NCBI GenBank assembly: GCA_949291395.1
Contig: CASEVW010000117.1
Coordinates: 1 to 63,275 of the forward strand
Source: an uncultured Oscillospiraceae bacterium
GTDB taxonomy: Bacteria > Bacillota > Clostridia > Oscillospirales > Ruminococcaceae
Direction of reading: 5' to 3'
Length of the DNA stretch: 63,275 bases
The stretch's first letter is position 1, and the number at the start of each line of letters is the position of its first letter. Below are positions 21,318 through 31,288 of the stretch, one piece after another. The notes beneath the pieces were generated by a model. It was not told the origin of the DNA, searched no databases, and saw only the letters and a program-made list of their open reading frames with translations. The position numbers and the translations under genes were made by a program.

Positions 21318-22496
21318 ATGAACATTCAACAACGCGCACAAGAGCTGCAAAGCGAGATCGTGGCCGCCCGCCGCCACCTGCACGCCCACCCGGAACTGGG
21401 AGGCGAAGAACACGAGACCACCGCCTTTTTGGCCGAAGAGCTGCGCAAGGCCGGGGTGGACGAGGTGGTCACCTTCGAGGACATCACCGGCTGCATCGGT
21501 ATCATCCGGGGTGCAAAGCCCGGCAAAACGGTGATGCTGCGGGCGGACATCGACGCCCTGCCCATCCAGGAAGCGCCGGGCAAGGCCTACTGCTCCCAGA
21601 ACCCCGGCGTGATGCACGCCTGCGGCCACGACTGCCACGCCGCCATGCTGCTGGGGGCCGCCCACATCCTGGCCGAACAAAAAGACCAGTTGTGCGGCAC
21701 GGTGAAGCTGCTGTTCCAGATGGGCGAGGAGATCGGCCGGCTGTCGGAACGGTATGTGGAAAAGGGCTGCCTGGAGGGCGTGGACGCCATCTTCGGCCAG
21801 CACGTTTGGGCCCTGCTGGACGCGGGCACCTGCAACTTTGCCCCCGGGCCCCGGATGGCTTGCAGCGACCGGTTCACCCTGCACATCCAGGGCCAGACCG
21901 CCCACGCCTCCTCCCCCCACGAGGGCAAGGACGCGATCGTGGCGGCCGCCGCCGTGGTGATGGCGCTGCAAAGCCTGGTGAGCCGGGTGAACGACCCCCG
22001 CAAGCCTCTGGTGGTCACCGTGGGCCAGATGAACGGCGGCCAGCGGGTGAACATCCTGGCGGGCGAGGCCCAGCTGGTGGGCACGGTGCGGGCCTTTGAC
22101 CGGGACTTCCGCAATAGCATGCCCCAGCGCATCGAAGAGGTCGCCCGCCGCACCGCCGAAGCCTACGGCTGCACCGCCCGGTGCGACTACTACTTTGGCC
22201 CCAGCCCCCTGATCAACGACCAGGACGACCTGACACGCCTTGCCCAGAGCGCCGCCCGCAAGACCTTGGGCGAGGACTGCCTGCGCTACCTGGCCCCCAT
22301 GACCGGGGCGGAGGATTTTTCGGTGTTCACCGAAAAAGTGCCTGGCGTTTACGGCTTTTTGGGCGCCCGCAACAAGGCCAAAGGCATCGAATGCACCCAC
22401 CACCACCCCTCGTTCGATGTAGATGAGGACGTATTGTGCCGGGGTGCAGCCATCTACGCCCAGTTTGCGGTGGATCTCCTCAGCGAAAACAGCTGA
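21318..22496 (+). CDS. M20D amidohydrolase (tandem paralogue)
   Basis: HPEL, LRADIDALP, MHACGHDCH, GEE, AEDFS, HHHPSF. Confidence 0.92.
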   Translation: MNIQQRAQELQSEIVAARRHLHAHPELGGEEHETTAFLAEELRKAGVDEVVTFEDITGCIGIIRGAKPGKTVMLRADIDALPIQEAPGKAYCSQNPGVMHACGHDCHAAMLLGAAHILAEQKDQLCGTVKLLFQMGEEIGRLSERYVEKGCLEGVDAIFGQHVWALLDAGTCNFAPGPRMACSDRFTLHIQGQTAHASSPHEGKDAIVAAAAVVMALQSLVSRVNDPRKPLVVTVGQMNGGQRVNILAGEAQLVGTVRAFDRDFRNSMPQRIEEVARRTAEAYGCTARCDYYFGPSPLINDQDDLTRLAQSAARKTLGEDCLRYLAPMTGAEDFSVFTEKVPGVYGFLGARNKAKGIECTHHHPSFDVDEDVLCRGAAIYAQFAVDLLSENS

Positions 22497-22512
22497 TTTC
22501 CCTTTTTTACGC

Positions 22513-22549
22513 AAAAGCGCCCGGACGTTTCCCCCGTCCGGGCGCTTTT
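22513..22549. terminator. Bidirectional terminator
   Basis: AAAAGCGCCCGGACG...CGTCCGGGCGCTTTT between convergent genes. Confidence 0.8.
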
Positions 22550-22550
22550 C

Positions 22551-22862
22551 TTATTTCAGCAGCCTGTTATGATTCCGTTTGGCGTACACCACACAGGCCA
22601 CCGTGACCCGCTTTTCCGCTTCGTCTACCCAGTAAAAGATCAAATAGTTCTTCACCAGGATCTTCCGATACTCATGGTGCAGCGGGCGGATCGGCTGGTA
22701 TGCCGGGTTTGCATAGGGAAAGGTGCGCGCTTTCTCCGCGGCCTCCACCAGTTCCACCGCCAGCCGGTTCGCCGCCTCCGGGTTCTTCAATTCCCGGCTG
22801 ATATACCGCACGATCTCCACCATGTCGCTGCGGGCCACCGGCAGATACTCCAGGTTATACAC
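22551..22862 (-). CDS. Type II TA toxin, RelE/ParE family
   Basis: Y.L.YLP.A..D...I..YI...L.NP.AA..L...YRKILVKNYLIFY; overlaps the antitoxin gene. Confidence 0.9.
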   Translation of the reverse strand: MYNLEYLPVARSDMVEIVRYISRELKNPEAANRLAVELVEAAEKARTFPYANPAYQPIRPLHHEYRKILVKNYLIFYWVDEAEKRVTVACVVYAKRNHNRLLK

Positions 22863-23133
22863 CCGGCTCCCCTCCGATGGCTTCTTTCATGGCGTTCAGC
22901 ACATCCCTGGACGAATAGCGCTGGTCGGTCAGCTGCGCCTCTCGCTCCGCTGCCTGCAATTTGCAATAGACCTCGCTTTCAAATTGCAGGTTTTCAAATG
23001 CTTCCATGCTCAAAACGACCATATCGCCATACCCGTTTTTGGTCAAAAAGACCGGCTGTGCCGTTTCATGCACGGTTTTGGAAATTTCCGCAAAACGATT
23101 TCTCAAGTCCGATACCGGCCGGATCATGTTCAT
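22855..23133 (-). CDS. Type II TA antitoxin, Phd/YefM family
   Basis: IRPVSDLRN.F.EIS...PVFLTKNGYGDMVVLS. Confidence 0.92.
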   Translation of the reverse strand: MNMIRPVSDLRNRFAEISKTVHETAQPVFLTKNGYGDMVVLSMEAFENLQFESEVYCKLQAAEREAQLTDQRYSSRDVLNAMKEAIGGEPGV

Positions 23134-23153
23134 GCCATCCGCCTCCTTTTTCT

Positions 23154-23181
23154 TTATTTTAGCATAATTATGCTAAAATAA
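23154..23181. promoter_or_regulatory. Perfect 28-bp palindrome, probable TA autorepression operator
   Basis: TTATTTTAGCATAATTATGCTAAAATAA immediately upstream of the antitoxin RBS. Confidence 0.7.
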
Positions 23182-23262
23182 CAATGAGATTCCTTGCAGC
23201 TTAGACCACAAAAAGGCCGCCATTGCTGGCGGCCTTGTGTTGTCTTGTGGTTTGTTCGGCTG

Positions 23263-25191
23263 TTAGCCGTTCAGCTGGGCGGCCAGCTGGCGCACCTCTT
23301 CCAGCCAGAGGCTGGCGCAGGCGTCGCTGGGCATCCGCCAGTCGCCCCGGGGCGACAGGGTCACCGTGCCCACCTTGGGGCCGTCCGGCAGGCAGCTGCG
23401 CTTGAACTGCTGGTTGAAGAAGCGCCGGTAAAAATTCTCCAGCCACTGCACCAGCACCTTGTCCGGGTAGCGCCCGGCAAAAGCCCGCTGGGCCAGCCAG
23501 AAGATCTTTTTGGGCGCAAAGCCCCAGCGCACCGCATAGTACAAAAAGAAGTCGTGCAGCTCGTAGGGGCCCACGATGCTCTCGGTCTGCTGGGCGATCT
23601 CGCCGTTTTCCGCCGCAGGCAGCAGCTCCGGGCTCACCGGCGTGTCCAGGATGTCCTCCAGCACCGCCCGCAGGGCCGGTTCACTCTCGGCGGCCACGGT
23701 GGCCACGATGTGCCGCACCAGGGTCTTGGGCACCGAAGCGTTCACCCCGTACATGCTCATGTGATCGCCGTTATAAGTGGCCCAGCCCAGGGCCAGCTCG
23801 CTCAGGTCGCCGGTGCCGATCACCAGGCCCCCCAGCCGGTTGGCCAGGTTCATCAGCACCAGGGTGCGCACCCGGGCCTGGGTGTTCTCGTAGGTCACGT
23901 CCAGCCGGTCTTCCTCCTGCCCGATGTCCGCAAAGTTGCTGCGCACCGTGTCGGCAATGTTCACTTCCTTCAGGCTCACGCCCAGCGCCTCACACAGCTT
24001 TTCCGCGTTGGAGCGGGTGCGCCGGGTGGTGCCGAAGCAGGGCATGGTCACCGCCACCACGTCTTTCAGGGGCTTGTCCATCAGCCGGAACGCCCGCACC
24101 ACCACCAGCAGGGCCAGGGTGCTGTCCAGCCCGCCGGAAATGCCGATCACCGCACTGGCGGCGTGGGTGTGCTCCATCCGTTTGCGCAGGCCCTGGGCCT
24201 GCATCTCCAAAATGGCCTCGCACCGGCTGGCCCGCTCGGCCTGGCCCGCCGGCACAAAGGGAGCCGGATCCACCGGCCGCACCGGCTGCCAGTCCTGCTT
24301 GGTCTCACCCATGGCGATGCAGGTGTAACCCTCGTCTTTCTGGGCGGCGAAGGAGGTGTTTTTCAGCCGCTCGGCGGCCAGCCGTTCCAGGTCCACCTCG
24401 CTGACCACCATGCCGCCGTGGAACAATTCGCTCTCGGCCAGCACCGCCCCGTTTTCGCAGATCAAATCGTGCCCGGCGAACACCATGTCGGTGGTGGATT
24501 CCCCCTGCCCCGCGTCGGCGTACAGATACCCGCAGAGCAGCCGGGCGGACTGGCCGGCGATCAGACTGCGGCGGTACTGGGCCTTGCCCACCACCTCATC
24601 GCTGGCGGACAGGTTCATGATCAGGGTCGCCCCCGCCAGAGCATGGCCTACGCTGGGCGGCAGCGGGGCCCACAGGTCCTCGCAGATCTCCACCGCGATC
24701 TTGCAGCTGGCCTCGGTGGGATGACAGAACAGCAGCCGGGTGCCAAAGGGCACGGTCTGGCCCAGCAGCTCCACCGGGAAGGTCTCTTCCGGGGCCGCGG
24801 CAAAGCGCCGGGCCTCGTAAAATTCGTTGTAGTTGGGCAGATAGGTCTTGGGCACCAGACCCAGCAGCCGGCCCTGCTGGACCACGGCGGCGCAGTTGTA
24901 CAGCTTGCCCCGCACCGCCACCGGCAGGCCCACCGCAAACAGCACCGGCAGGCTGGCGGTGGCGTTCATCACGTCCGCCAGGGCCTGCAGTGCCCCCGCT
25001 TGCAGCACCGGCTGGAAGAACAGATCCTCGCAGGTGTAGCCGGTGAGGCCCAGCTCGGGCAGGCAGAGCACCTCCACCCCCTGGCGGGCGGCATCCTCCA
25101 CCGCCTGGATGGTCTGCCGGGCGTTATAGTCACAGTCCGCCACACGGATCGCGGGCGTGGCGCAGGCTGCTTTGATAAAACCAAATCGCAT
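23263..25191 (-). CDS. nadE: Glutamine-dependent NAD+ synthetase
   Basis: Nitrilase domain ([18 protein letters not shown]) plus [31 protein letters not shown]. Confidence 0.96.
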   Translation of the reverse strand: MRFGFIKAACATPAIRVADCDYNARQTIQAVEDAARQGVEVLCLPELGLTGYTCEDLFFQPVLQAGALQALADVMNATASLPVLFAVGLPVAVRGKLYNCAAVVQQGRLLGLVPKTYLPNYNEFYEARRFAAAPEETFPVELLGQTVPFGTRLLFCHPTEASCKIAVEICEDLWAPLPPSVGHALAGATLIMNLSASDEVVGKAQYRRSLIAGQSARLLCGYLYADAGQGESTTDMVFAGHDLICENGAVLAESELFHGGMVVSEVDLERLAAERLKNTSFAAQKDEGYTCIAMGETKQDWQPVRPVDPAPFVPAGQAERASRCEAILEMQAQGLRKRMEHTHAASAVIGISGGLDSTLALLVVVRAFRLMDKPLKDVVAVTMPCFGTTRRTRSNAEKLCEALGVSLKEVNIADTVRSNFADIGQEEDRLDVTYENTQARVRTLVLMNLANRLGGLVIGTGDLSELALGWATYNGDHMSMYGVNASVPKTLVRHIVATVAAESEPALRAVLEDILDTPVSPELLPAAENGEIAQQTESIVGPYELHDFFLYYAVRWGFAPKKIFWLAQRAFAGRYPDKVLVQWLENFYRRFFNQQFKRSCLPDGPKVGTVTLSPRGDWRMPSDACASLWLEEVRQLAAQLNG

Positions 25192-25379
25192 GGTAGTTTC
25201 TCCCCTATTCTGTAGTTTGCGCTTATTGTTTAGTATACCACGGCAGGCCGCTTTTTGAAAGACGGCTCGCTGACGGGAAAGGCTTCCCTTTTATCTACTG
25301 CTGTGGTATAGTAATAAAAAACAAAATGCGCCGGGCGGCGGCAGAAACGCGGCCCGGCCAAACGAGGGGGAATCTTCAT

Positions 25380-25858
25380 ATGTCGTTGCAGCGGGCAAAG
25401 GAACATCTGGCCCGGTTCGGGCTGGAGGACCGCATTTTGGAATTTGACGTATCCAGCGCCACGGTGGAGCTGGCCGCAGCGGCGGTGGGCTGCGAGGCCG
25501 CCCGCATCGCCAAAAGCCTTTCGTTTTTGGTGGGCGACACGCCCATTTTGATCGTGGCCGCCGGGGATGCCAAAGTGGACAACCCCCGCTACAAAGCCCA
25601 GTTTGGCGCCAAGGCAAAGATGATCCCCGGCGATGCGGTGGAAGGGCTCATCGGCCACGGGGTGGCGGGGTCTGCCCCTTTGGCGTGGAGCCAGGGGTGA
25701 AAGTCTATCTGGACGAATCCCTGCGCCGGTTCGGCGTGGTGTATCCGGCGGCAGGCACCGCCGCCAGCGCGGTGCGCCTGACCCTGCCGGAACTGGAACA
25801 GGCCAGCGGGGCCGCCGCCTGGATAGACGTGTGCAAAGCCTGGCGGGACAAGGCGTGA
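25380..25858 (+). pseudogene. YbaK/EbsC family aminoacyl-tRNA deacylase with a 1-bp frameshift
   Basis: SSATVELAA..IAKSLSF N-terminus; the conserved GGVCPFG...VYLDESL...VYPAAG...DVCK continues in another frame after the G-rich stretch at ~25659-25670. Confidence 0.8.
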
Positions 25859-26073
25859 GCTTGCGGCTTCCGGAAGATGCCTCAAAAGATCCAACAGAAA
25901 AATTTTGTCCCGAGCCACGGGCATGTACCGGGGCTCGGGACACCTTGACAGAAAAAAACACGGATTTTGTGTGCTTTGTGCGCAAAATCCGTGTTTTTGT
26001 CGCCGGAAAAGGGTACTGGGGAAAACCAATAAGCATCCCCCGTGCAAGGCACGGGGTGTGCGTTTGGTGTCCC

Positions 26074-26382
26074 TCAGGTTGTAAAATATCCCTTTTCGCA
26101 CAGCACTTCCAGGCAGAAGTTCACCGTCTCGTCCTCAAACAGGTCGGCGTATTCCGCCTTTGCGGCCACCGCCTCCGGCGACAGGTCCAGCCGGCCCTTG
26201 GCCGCCAGCCGGTCGAACCCCTCGGACACCGCGCCCCGCCGGGCCTGCTCCATCATGCAGCGCACCGGGCCCCGCTTTTCCCAAAAGGCCAGAAAGCGGG
26301 CCGGGTCCCACCCGCACACCAGCTTGGCCTCGTTTGCTTTTTGGGTCACTTCCGCCAAAAATTTCTGCTCCAGTTTGTCCAT
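26074..26382 (-). CDS. Conserved hypothetical protein
   Basis: Host-like codon usage, AAAGGA upstream; SEGF..L...GRLDLS.EA...Y..LF pattern. Confidence 0.7.
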   Translation of the reverse strand: MDKLEQKFLAEVTQKANEAKLVCGWDPARFLAFWEKRGPVRCMMEQARRGAVSEGFDRLAAKGRLDLSPEAVAAKAEYADLFEDETVNFCLEVLCEKGYFTT

Positions 26383-26404
26383 GTTTCCTGCCGTCCTTTC
26401 CGTT

Positions 26405-27220
26405 TCAGTGTTCGGCGTTCTCCAGCCCGATCACGTCCAGATCATAGGGAACGTGAAGGTCGCCGGTGTAATACTGCCTGCCCTCGGCGGTGTACAGCTC
26501 CTGCCGCCGGTCGTAGGTCTTGTCCTCGGTGTGCCACAGCACCAGATGGGGCACGCCCAGCTGGCTGGCCAGCTCACAGGCGTCCTTCACCGTGCTGTGG
26601 TGCTTTTCGTAGGGCTTGAAGCGCTCCCGGTCCGCATACAGGCAGAAGGCTTCGCACAGCATCCAGTCGCTGTGCTCCACATAGGTCTGGCACAGGGGGT
26701 TGTAGGGCTCGTCCCCCAGGCAGGCGATCTTCTGGCCCGGCTTCTCGGTGGTGAAGCCGAACTGGGGCGTCTTGGTGGAGTGGATGTCGAACAGGGTCAC
26801 CGTGTGGCCCATGACCTGGGCCTGCTGGCCGTCCGCCATGCCGTGCAGCAGGATGCGCTGGCCCACCAGGCGGGCAAACTTTTTGATGACCGTCAGCTCC
26901 ACCAGCGTCTCGATGGTCTTGACCAGCCCCTCGTGGCAAAAGATGTGCAGCTCGCCCTCGTACCGGTCCGCCAGCATCAGGGTGGCGATCTTGCGGATCA
27001 TCCACACCACGCCCAGGATGTGGTCGGTGTGCTCGTGGGTCACGATCATGTTGTGGATGCGGGCCGGGTCGATGCCCGCCTTTTCCAGCTGGACCAAAAT
27101 GCCGTTGCCGCCGCCCGCGTCCACCAGCAGGATCTCTTCCCCCCCATGCAGCGCAAAGCAGGTGTTGTAGCAGCGTGTGGCCATGGCGTAGCCCGTGCCC
27201 AGTACCGTGAGTTTTTCCAT
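26405..27220 (-). CDS. MBL-fold metallo-hydrolase, RNase Z-like
   Basis: LGTG, LVDAGG, THEHTDH (HxHxDH), GDE, HHST, LWH. Confidence 0.85.
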   Translation of the reverse strand: MEKLTVLGTGYAMATRCYNTCFALHGGEEILLVDAGGGNGILVQLEKAGIDPARIHNMIVTHEHTDHILGVVWMIRKIATLMLADRYEGELHIFCHEGLVKTIETLVELTVIKKFARLVGQRILLHGMADGQQAQVMGHTVTLFDIHSTKTPQFGFTTEKPGQKIACLGDEPYNPLCQTYVEHSDWMLCEAFCLYADRERFKPYEKHHSTVKDACELASQLGVPHLVLWHTEDKTYDRRQELYTAEGRQYYTGDLHVPYDLDVIGLENAEH

Positions 27221-27283
27221 CTAGTTTTCCCCTTTTTGTGCGGTGATTTTCTGCTTTTATGATACCGGTTCTCCGCCCCGCCG

Positions 27284-27802
27284 TCAAGAAATGCCGGCCC
27301 GTTTTTCCGCAAAGCCCCGCAGCAAAAATTCCCGGGCGGTGCCCCAGCCCTCGCAGCCGGCGCAGTGGCAGCGGGCATCGTTCACCGCCTGGTTCAAAAG
27401 CGGCTGGCGCTGGCAGGCCTTGTCCACCAGGCAGTCCGCCGCCATCACATCCTCCCAGGCCCGGTTCAGGTAGGCCACCTCCCGCCGCCCGTGGGTGCGG
27501 GTGAGGGCCACCGGCCCCGCCGCTTGCAGATAGGCTTCCGCCTGCTGCCGGGGCAGGCCCGCCTCCACAAGGCCCAGGCCGATCTCCCGGACCGCCGTTT
27601 CTCCCAGCGAAGCCCAGTCCGCCCGGGTCATGTCCCAGAGGACGAGGGTGTAGCGGGTGGCGCAGTGCACCAGCAGCAGGCTCTGCCGCCCCTGTAACGT
27701 TATCACATGGGCGTCCCAGCAGCGCCGCCGGTCCGGCTCGCTGCCGTAAAGCGCCTTGTATTTTAAATGCCGCTGCAAGGGAAAGGTCAGCCCCAGTTCC
27801 AT
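27284..27802 (-). CDS. DUF6933-like hypothetical protein
   Basis: Start MELGLT overlaps the upstream stop; WDAH...LLLVH.ATRYTLVL pattern. Confidence 0.6.
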   Translation of the reverse strand: MELGLTFPLQRHLKYKALYGSEPDRRRCWDAHVITLQGRQSLLLVHCATRYTLVLWDMTRADWASLGETAVREIGLGLVEAGLPRQQAEAYLQAAGPVALTRTHGRREVAYLNRAWEDVMAADCLVDKACQRQPLLNQAVNDARCHCAGCEGWGTAREFLLRGFAEKRAGIS

Positions 27803-28005
27803 CAGCCTTCCTCCGTTACGATGTTCTGTACCCGGCCCACCTGGCCGCTTGTGAGCATGACCTTGATGCCGTGGGGATGGGTGGGGCTGTTGGTGAGGAT
27901 GCGCCCCACCACGCCCCGGGTCAGTTTTCCGGTGCGCTGGTCCGCCTTGAGCACGATGTCCACCGTTTGGCCTGGTTTGATGTCCGCCCGTCGTTTGCCG
28001 TCCAT
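27802..28005 (-). CDS. YwbE family protein
   Basis: MDG.RRADIKPG..VDIVLKADQRTGKLTRGVV..ILTNS..HPHGIKV.L..GQVGRV. Confidence 0.9.
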   Translation of the reverse strand: MDGKRRADIKPGQTVDIVLKADQRTGKLTRGVVGRILTNSPTHPHGIKVMLTSGQVGRVQNIVTEEG

Positions 28006-28156
28006 ATGATTCTCCTTTTGTTCCGGCGGCGCTGCGGCCGCCCCATGGTATTCTTGCCTTTTTATTGTAGCCGATTTTCGCCGGGGACACAAACCGCCCC
28101 GCAAAAAACAAATCGGCCCGCCGGGGCTTGTCTGCCTTGGGCGGGCCGGGCTTTCG

Positions 28157-29155
28157 TTACTGTGTATCTAAGCCCGTATCCCCGTTTTGGAACAAAATAT
28201 CCTGTTTTTCCTCCATGGAAAAACACCGCAGTTCCTCCCCGTCCAGGTCTTCCCCCGCCAGGCGCACCGCGCGGATGCGGCCATTTGTGTAGGTCTTGTA
28301 ATAGTAAACGCCCTGCTGTGCGCTGATGCAGCAGGAATAGGTGGTGATGTCCTCCCGGCCTTCCGGCGTGATCACGCTGCCCCGCACCATGGCCACACTG
28401 TCCAGCAGGTGGAAAAACTGGGTCACCTGCTCCTCTTCCGTCTCCATTTGGGGGGAATTCAGCTTGTGGAAGGCCGCCTTCACATACCGGGACGTGGGCG
28501 AAGCGTCCCCCGGCAGGCCGATGGCCCCCATGCCCTGCCCGAACGGCTGCAAGGGCAGGCCGGGGGCAAGGCGGTTCTGCACCTGGCGGGCATCCAGGCC
28601 CTGGTATTGGGTCAGATTCATCTGGTGGAACGGGAAGGGCGGGTTGTTGGTGAGCACGCCCACCGGGTCGTCGTATAAAAAGACCCCATCCTTGGTGGCT
28701 TCCAGCACCAAAGCGCCGGTGCGGTCCGCAATGTGCCAGTGCAGCGGTGCCAGCGGCAGCCCGGCAAAGGGAATGCCCAGAGGGCGGAAGCGGGCCAGCC
28801 GCTCTTTGGCCTGCGCCAGGTTTTCGCAGCTGCCCAGCACCCAGGGGATCAGCTCATAGGGGGCCACCGCATCGCAGTCTTCGGGCACTTCGGGGCTGTA
28901 CCAGGCATTTCCCGGGAAGTTCAGCCCGGCCATGTACAGCCCTTTTTCGTTCATCGCCTCCGCATACAGCGGATAGCCCTGGGTCACATTCGCCATGCCG
29001 ATGAGGGCAAAGTGCCGGGGCATTTCCGGCTGGCGCAAAAAGCGCAGGGGAAAGGCTCGGGGCATGATGACCACCTGTTCGCCAAAGGAATATTCCAGAT
29101 CCAGGTTGCGGCCAAAATAGCCGCCGCCCTGGAACATTGCAATGCTGGTACACAT
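28157..29155 (-). CDS. Choloylglycine hydrolase family (bile salt hydrolase / penicillin V acylase)
   Basis: N-terminal M-C-T nucleophile, FGRNLD, NEKGL, LTNNPPF, GLPGD.S..SR. Confidence 0.88.
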   Translation of the reverse strand: MCTSIAMFQGGGYFGRNLDLEYSFGEQVVIMPRAFPLRFLRQPEMPRHFALIGMANVTQGYPLYAEAMNEKGLYMAGLNFPGNAWYSPEVPEDCDAVAPYELIPWVLGSCENLAQAKERLARFRPLGIPFAGLPLAPLHWHIADRTGALVLEATKDGVFLYDDPVGVLTNNPPFPFHQMNLTQYQGLDARQVQNRLAPGLPLQPFGQGMGAIGLPGDASPTSRYVKAAFHKLNSPQMETEEEQVTQFFHLLDSVAMVRGSVITPEGREDITTYSCCISAQQGVYYYKTYTNGRIRAVRLAGEDLDGEELRCFSMEEKQDILFQNGDTGLDTQ

Positions 29156-29454
29156 GCTGTTTTCCTCCTTTTTCTGGGGATCGATCCCGCCGGGCGTTCT
29201 GTCCGGCTAGCTTTATTGTACGCCGTTTCCGGCGAAAATAATAGGGGCGGGCGGGAAGTTGAAACGAGCGCTGGATCGAATTGACAACCGCTGCTTTTTC
29301 GACTAACATGAATGATATGTATTTGTAATATCCATCACTGGATCAAAATTGTCGGCCGAGACATCAAATGAAACATTTACAGGCATTCAAAACGCAGCAC
29401 ACCGTTAGCCATTTATATGCCTGTCTTTGACATATATACAAGAAAAGAGGCGAA

Positions 29455-31200
29455 ATGAAACCAATGGACCGCGCATCCATCGCAGATCTTCTAAAATACG
29501 GCGAGCGGATAACTCTTGAGTGTAAAAAAGCCGAAAATAGTTTGCCAAAATCGGTTTGGGAAACATACTCCTCTTTCGCTAACACGGTTGGTGGTACCAT
29601 ACTGTTTGGGATCGAGGAAAATACCAAAGCAAAAGATTTCTCCGAGCGGTTTCAAGTGGGAGAAATCAGAAATCCAGATCAGATCCTGAAAGATTTTTGG
29701 AACACAGTAAACAGTGAAAAGGTCAGCGCAAACATTCTTGTTGACGCAAATGTATCCGTTGAACAATATGAAGGCCAAAAGGTCATCCGCATCGATGTTC
29801 CGCAGGCCTCCTATCATCAGCGCCCAGTGTATATCAACGGAAACCCGCTCAAAGGAAGTTTTAAACGAAACCACGAAGGCGATTATCACTGCACAGAGGA
29901 AGAAGTGAAGTCCATGCTTCGTGATGCCAGCGATACGGGAAATGACGGCGGCTTATTAGACGGATATACCATGGATGATATTGACTCCGAAACATTGAAA
30001 GCATATCGCATCGAATACGAGCTGCACAACCCCGATCATGTTTGGAACGGAATTGACAACAAGGCTTTTTTGCGAAATCTTGGCGGTTATACCGTCGATC
30101 GGGTCACCGGCAAAGAAGGCCTAACGACCGCTGGTTTGCTTATGTTCGGGACCGGCCTTGCTATCCGCGAAAGATTTGGCAATATCCGCATGGACTACTT
30201 GGATGAAAGCGATCTAATGCCCGGTAGCCGCTGGACAGACCGCCTCACCTATGATGGCATGTGGGAAAACAACCTGTACACATTTATTAAAAGGGTCCTG
30301 CCAAAGCTGGTCAAAGACATCCGCAGACCATTCAAGCTAAACGGTATGAGCCGCATTGATGACACTCCCGTGCATAAGGCGATCCGCGAAGCGGTCATCA
30401 ACCTGGTCATTCACTCCGACTACCATATTACTGGTGTGCTGAAAATTGTAAAACTTGATGATGGCTTCCTGTTTTCCAATCCTGGCAACCTAAAACTTTC
30501 CATTCCGGCAATCTACGAAGGCGGAAACTCAAGGGCACGGAATCCGCATATTCAAACCATGCTGCGAATGATCGGTATGGGTGATAACATTGGTTCTGGA
30601 TTTCCCACCATTTTGAACGCATGGAAAGAAGAGAACTGGCGAAAACCGGATCTAAGCGAAAACACAGAGCTTCACGTCGTGGAACTAAAATTGTGGACGC
30701 TTTCGCTGATGCCGCAAGAATGTACCGCCCATTTACATGCATTGATGGGAAATGACTATGATCGTTTGTCTTCAAATGACCAGATCATTCTTTGCACCAC
30801 CTATTTGGAAAAAGAGATCACAAATGCTCGGATCCAGATGCTGCTGAATATGCACAGCACAGATGTAGGAAAACACCTGTATGAGCTGGTTGAAAAAAAT
30901 ATGCTTCTGGTAACACCAAATGGGAGATGGACCACTTACCAATTAAATGAACAGTATGAGATCCAACCAAGTCAAGTAAATATTACCGAAATAGACAAGC
31001 CCAGACCGGAATTGATCGACACAGACCAGACCATCTATGACTATATCATCGAGAATGGATTCATTACAACACATCAAGTCATATCGATCACTCGGATCAC
31101 AACACGAGCCGGTGCAAGTGCAGCTTTAAACCGGCTCATCGAAAAAGGATTGATAGAGAGAAAGAAAAATGGTCGAAACACCTACTATGTAAAGGTTTGA
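29455..31200 (+). CDS. AlbA_2 (Schlafen-like) + HATPase_c_4 + C-terminal wHTH protein
   Basis: E-RITL-E-CK...SFANTVGG; AIREAVINLVIHSDY, SNPG, RNP, GSGF; visibly AT-richer than flanks. Confidence 0.85.
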   Translation: MKPMDRASIADLLKYGERITLECKKAENSLPKSVWETYSSFANTVGGTILFGIEENTKAKDFSERFQVGEIRNPDQILKDFWNTVNSEKVSANILVDANVSVEQYEGQKVIRIDVPQASYHQRPVYINGNPLKGSFKRNHEGDYHCTEEEVKSMLRDASDTGNDGGLLDGYTMDDIDSETLKAYRIEYELHNPDHVWNGIDNKAFLRNLGGYTVDRVTGKEGLTTAGLLMFGTGLAIRERFGNIRMDYLDESDLMPGSRWTDRLTYDGMWENNLYTFIKRVLPKLVKDIRRPFKLNGMSRIDDTPVHKAIREAVINLVIHSDYHITGVLKIVKLDDGFLFSNPGNLKLSIPAIYEGGNSRARNPHIQTMLRMIGMGDNIGSGFPTILNAWKEENWRKPDLSENTELHVVELKLWTLSLMPQECTAHLHALMGNDYDRLSSNDQIILCTTYLEKEITNARIQMLLNMHSTDVGKHLYELVEKNMLLVTPNGRWTTYQLNEQYEIQPSQVNITEIDKPRPELIDTDQTIYDYIIENGFITTHQVISITRITTRAGASAALNRLIEKGLIERKKNGRNTYYVKV

Positions 31201-31220
31201 GCCAAACATTCGATCAACTG

Positions 31221-31288
31221 AGTTGACATATCAGTTGACATATCCTACTTTGAGTTGACATGTCAGTTGACATATCGGTTGACACATT
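31221..31288 (+). repeat. Five 12-bp direct repeats (consensus AGTTGACATATC)
   Basis: Copies at 31221, 31233, 31253, 31265 and 31277. Confidence 0.9.

Noticed and set aside
29200-29455. att duplication of the tRNA-Ser 3' end bounding the AlbA_2 islet
   Set aside because: No recognisable copy of the tRNA 3' sequence found by eye
31221-31288. Direct repeats as a CRISPR array
   Set aside because: 12-bp units are mostly contiguous, with no unique spacers and no cas genes
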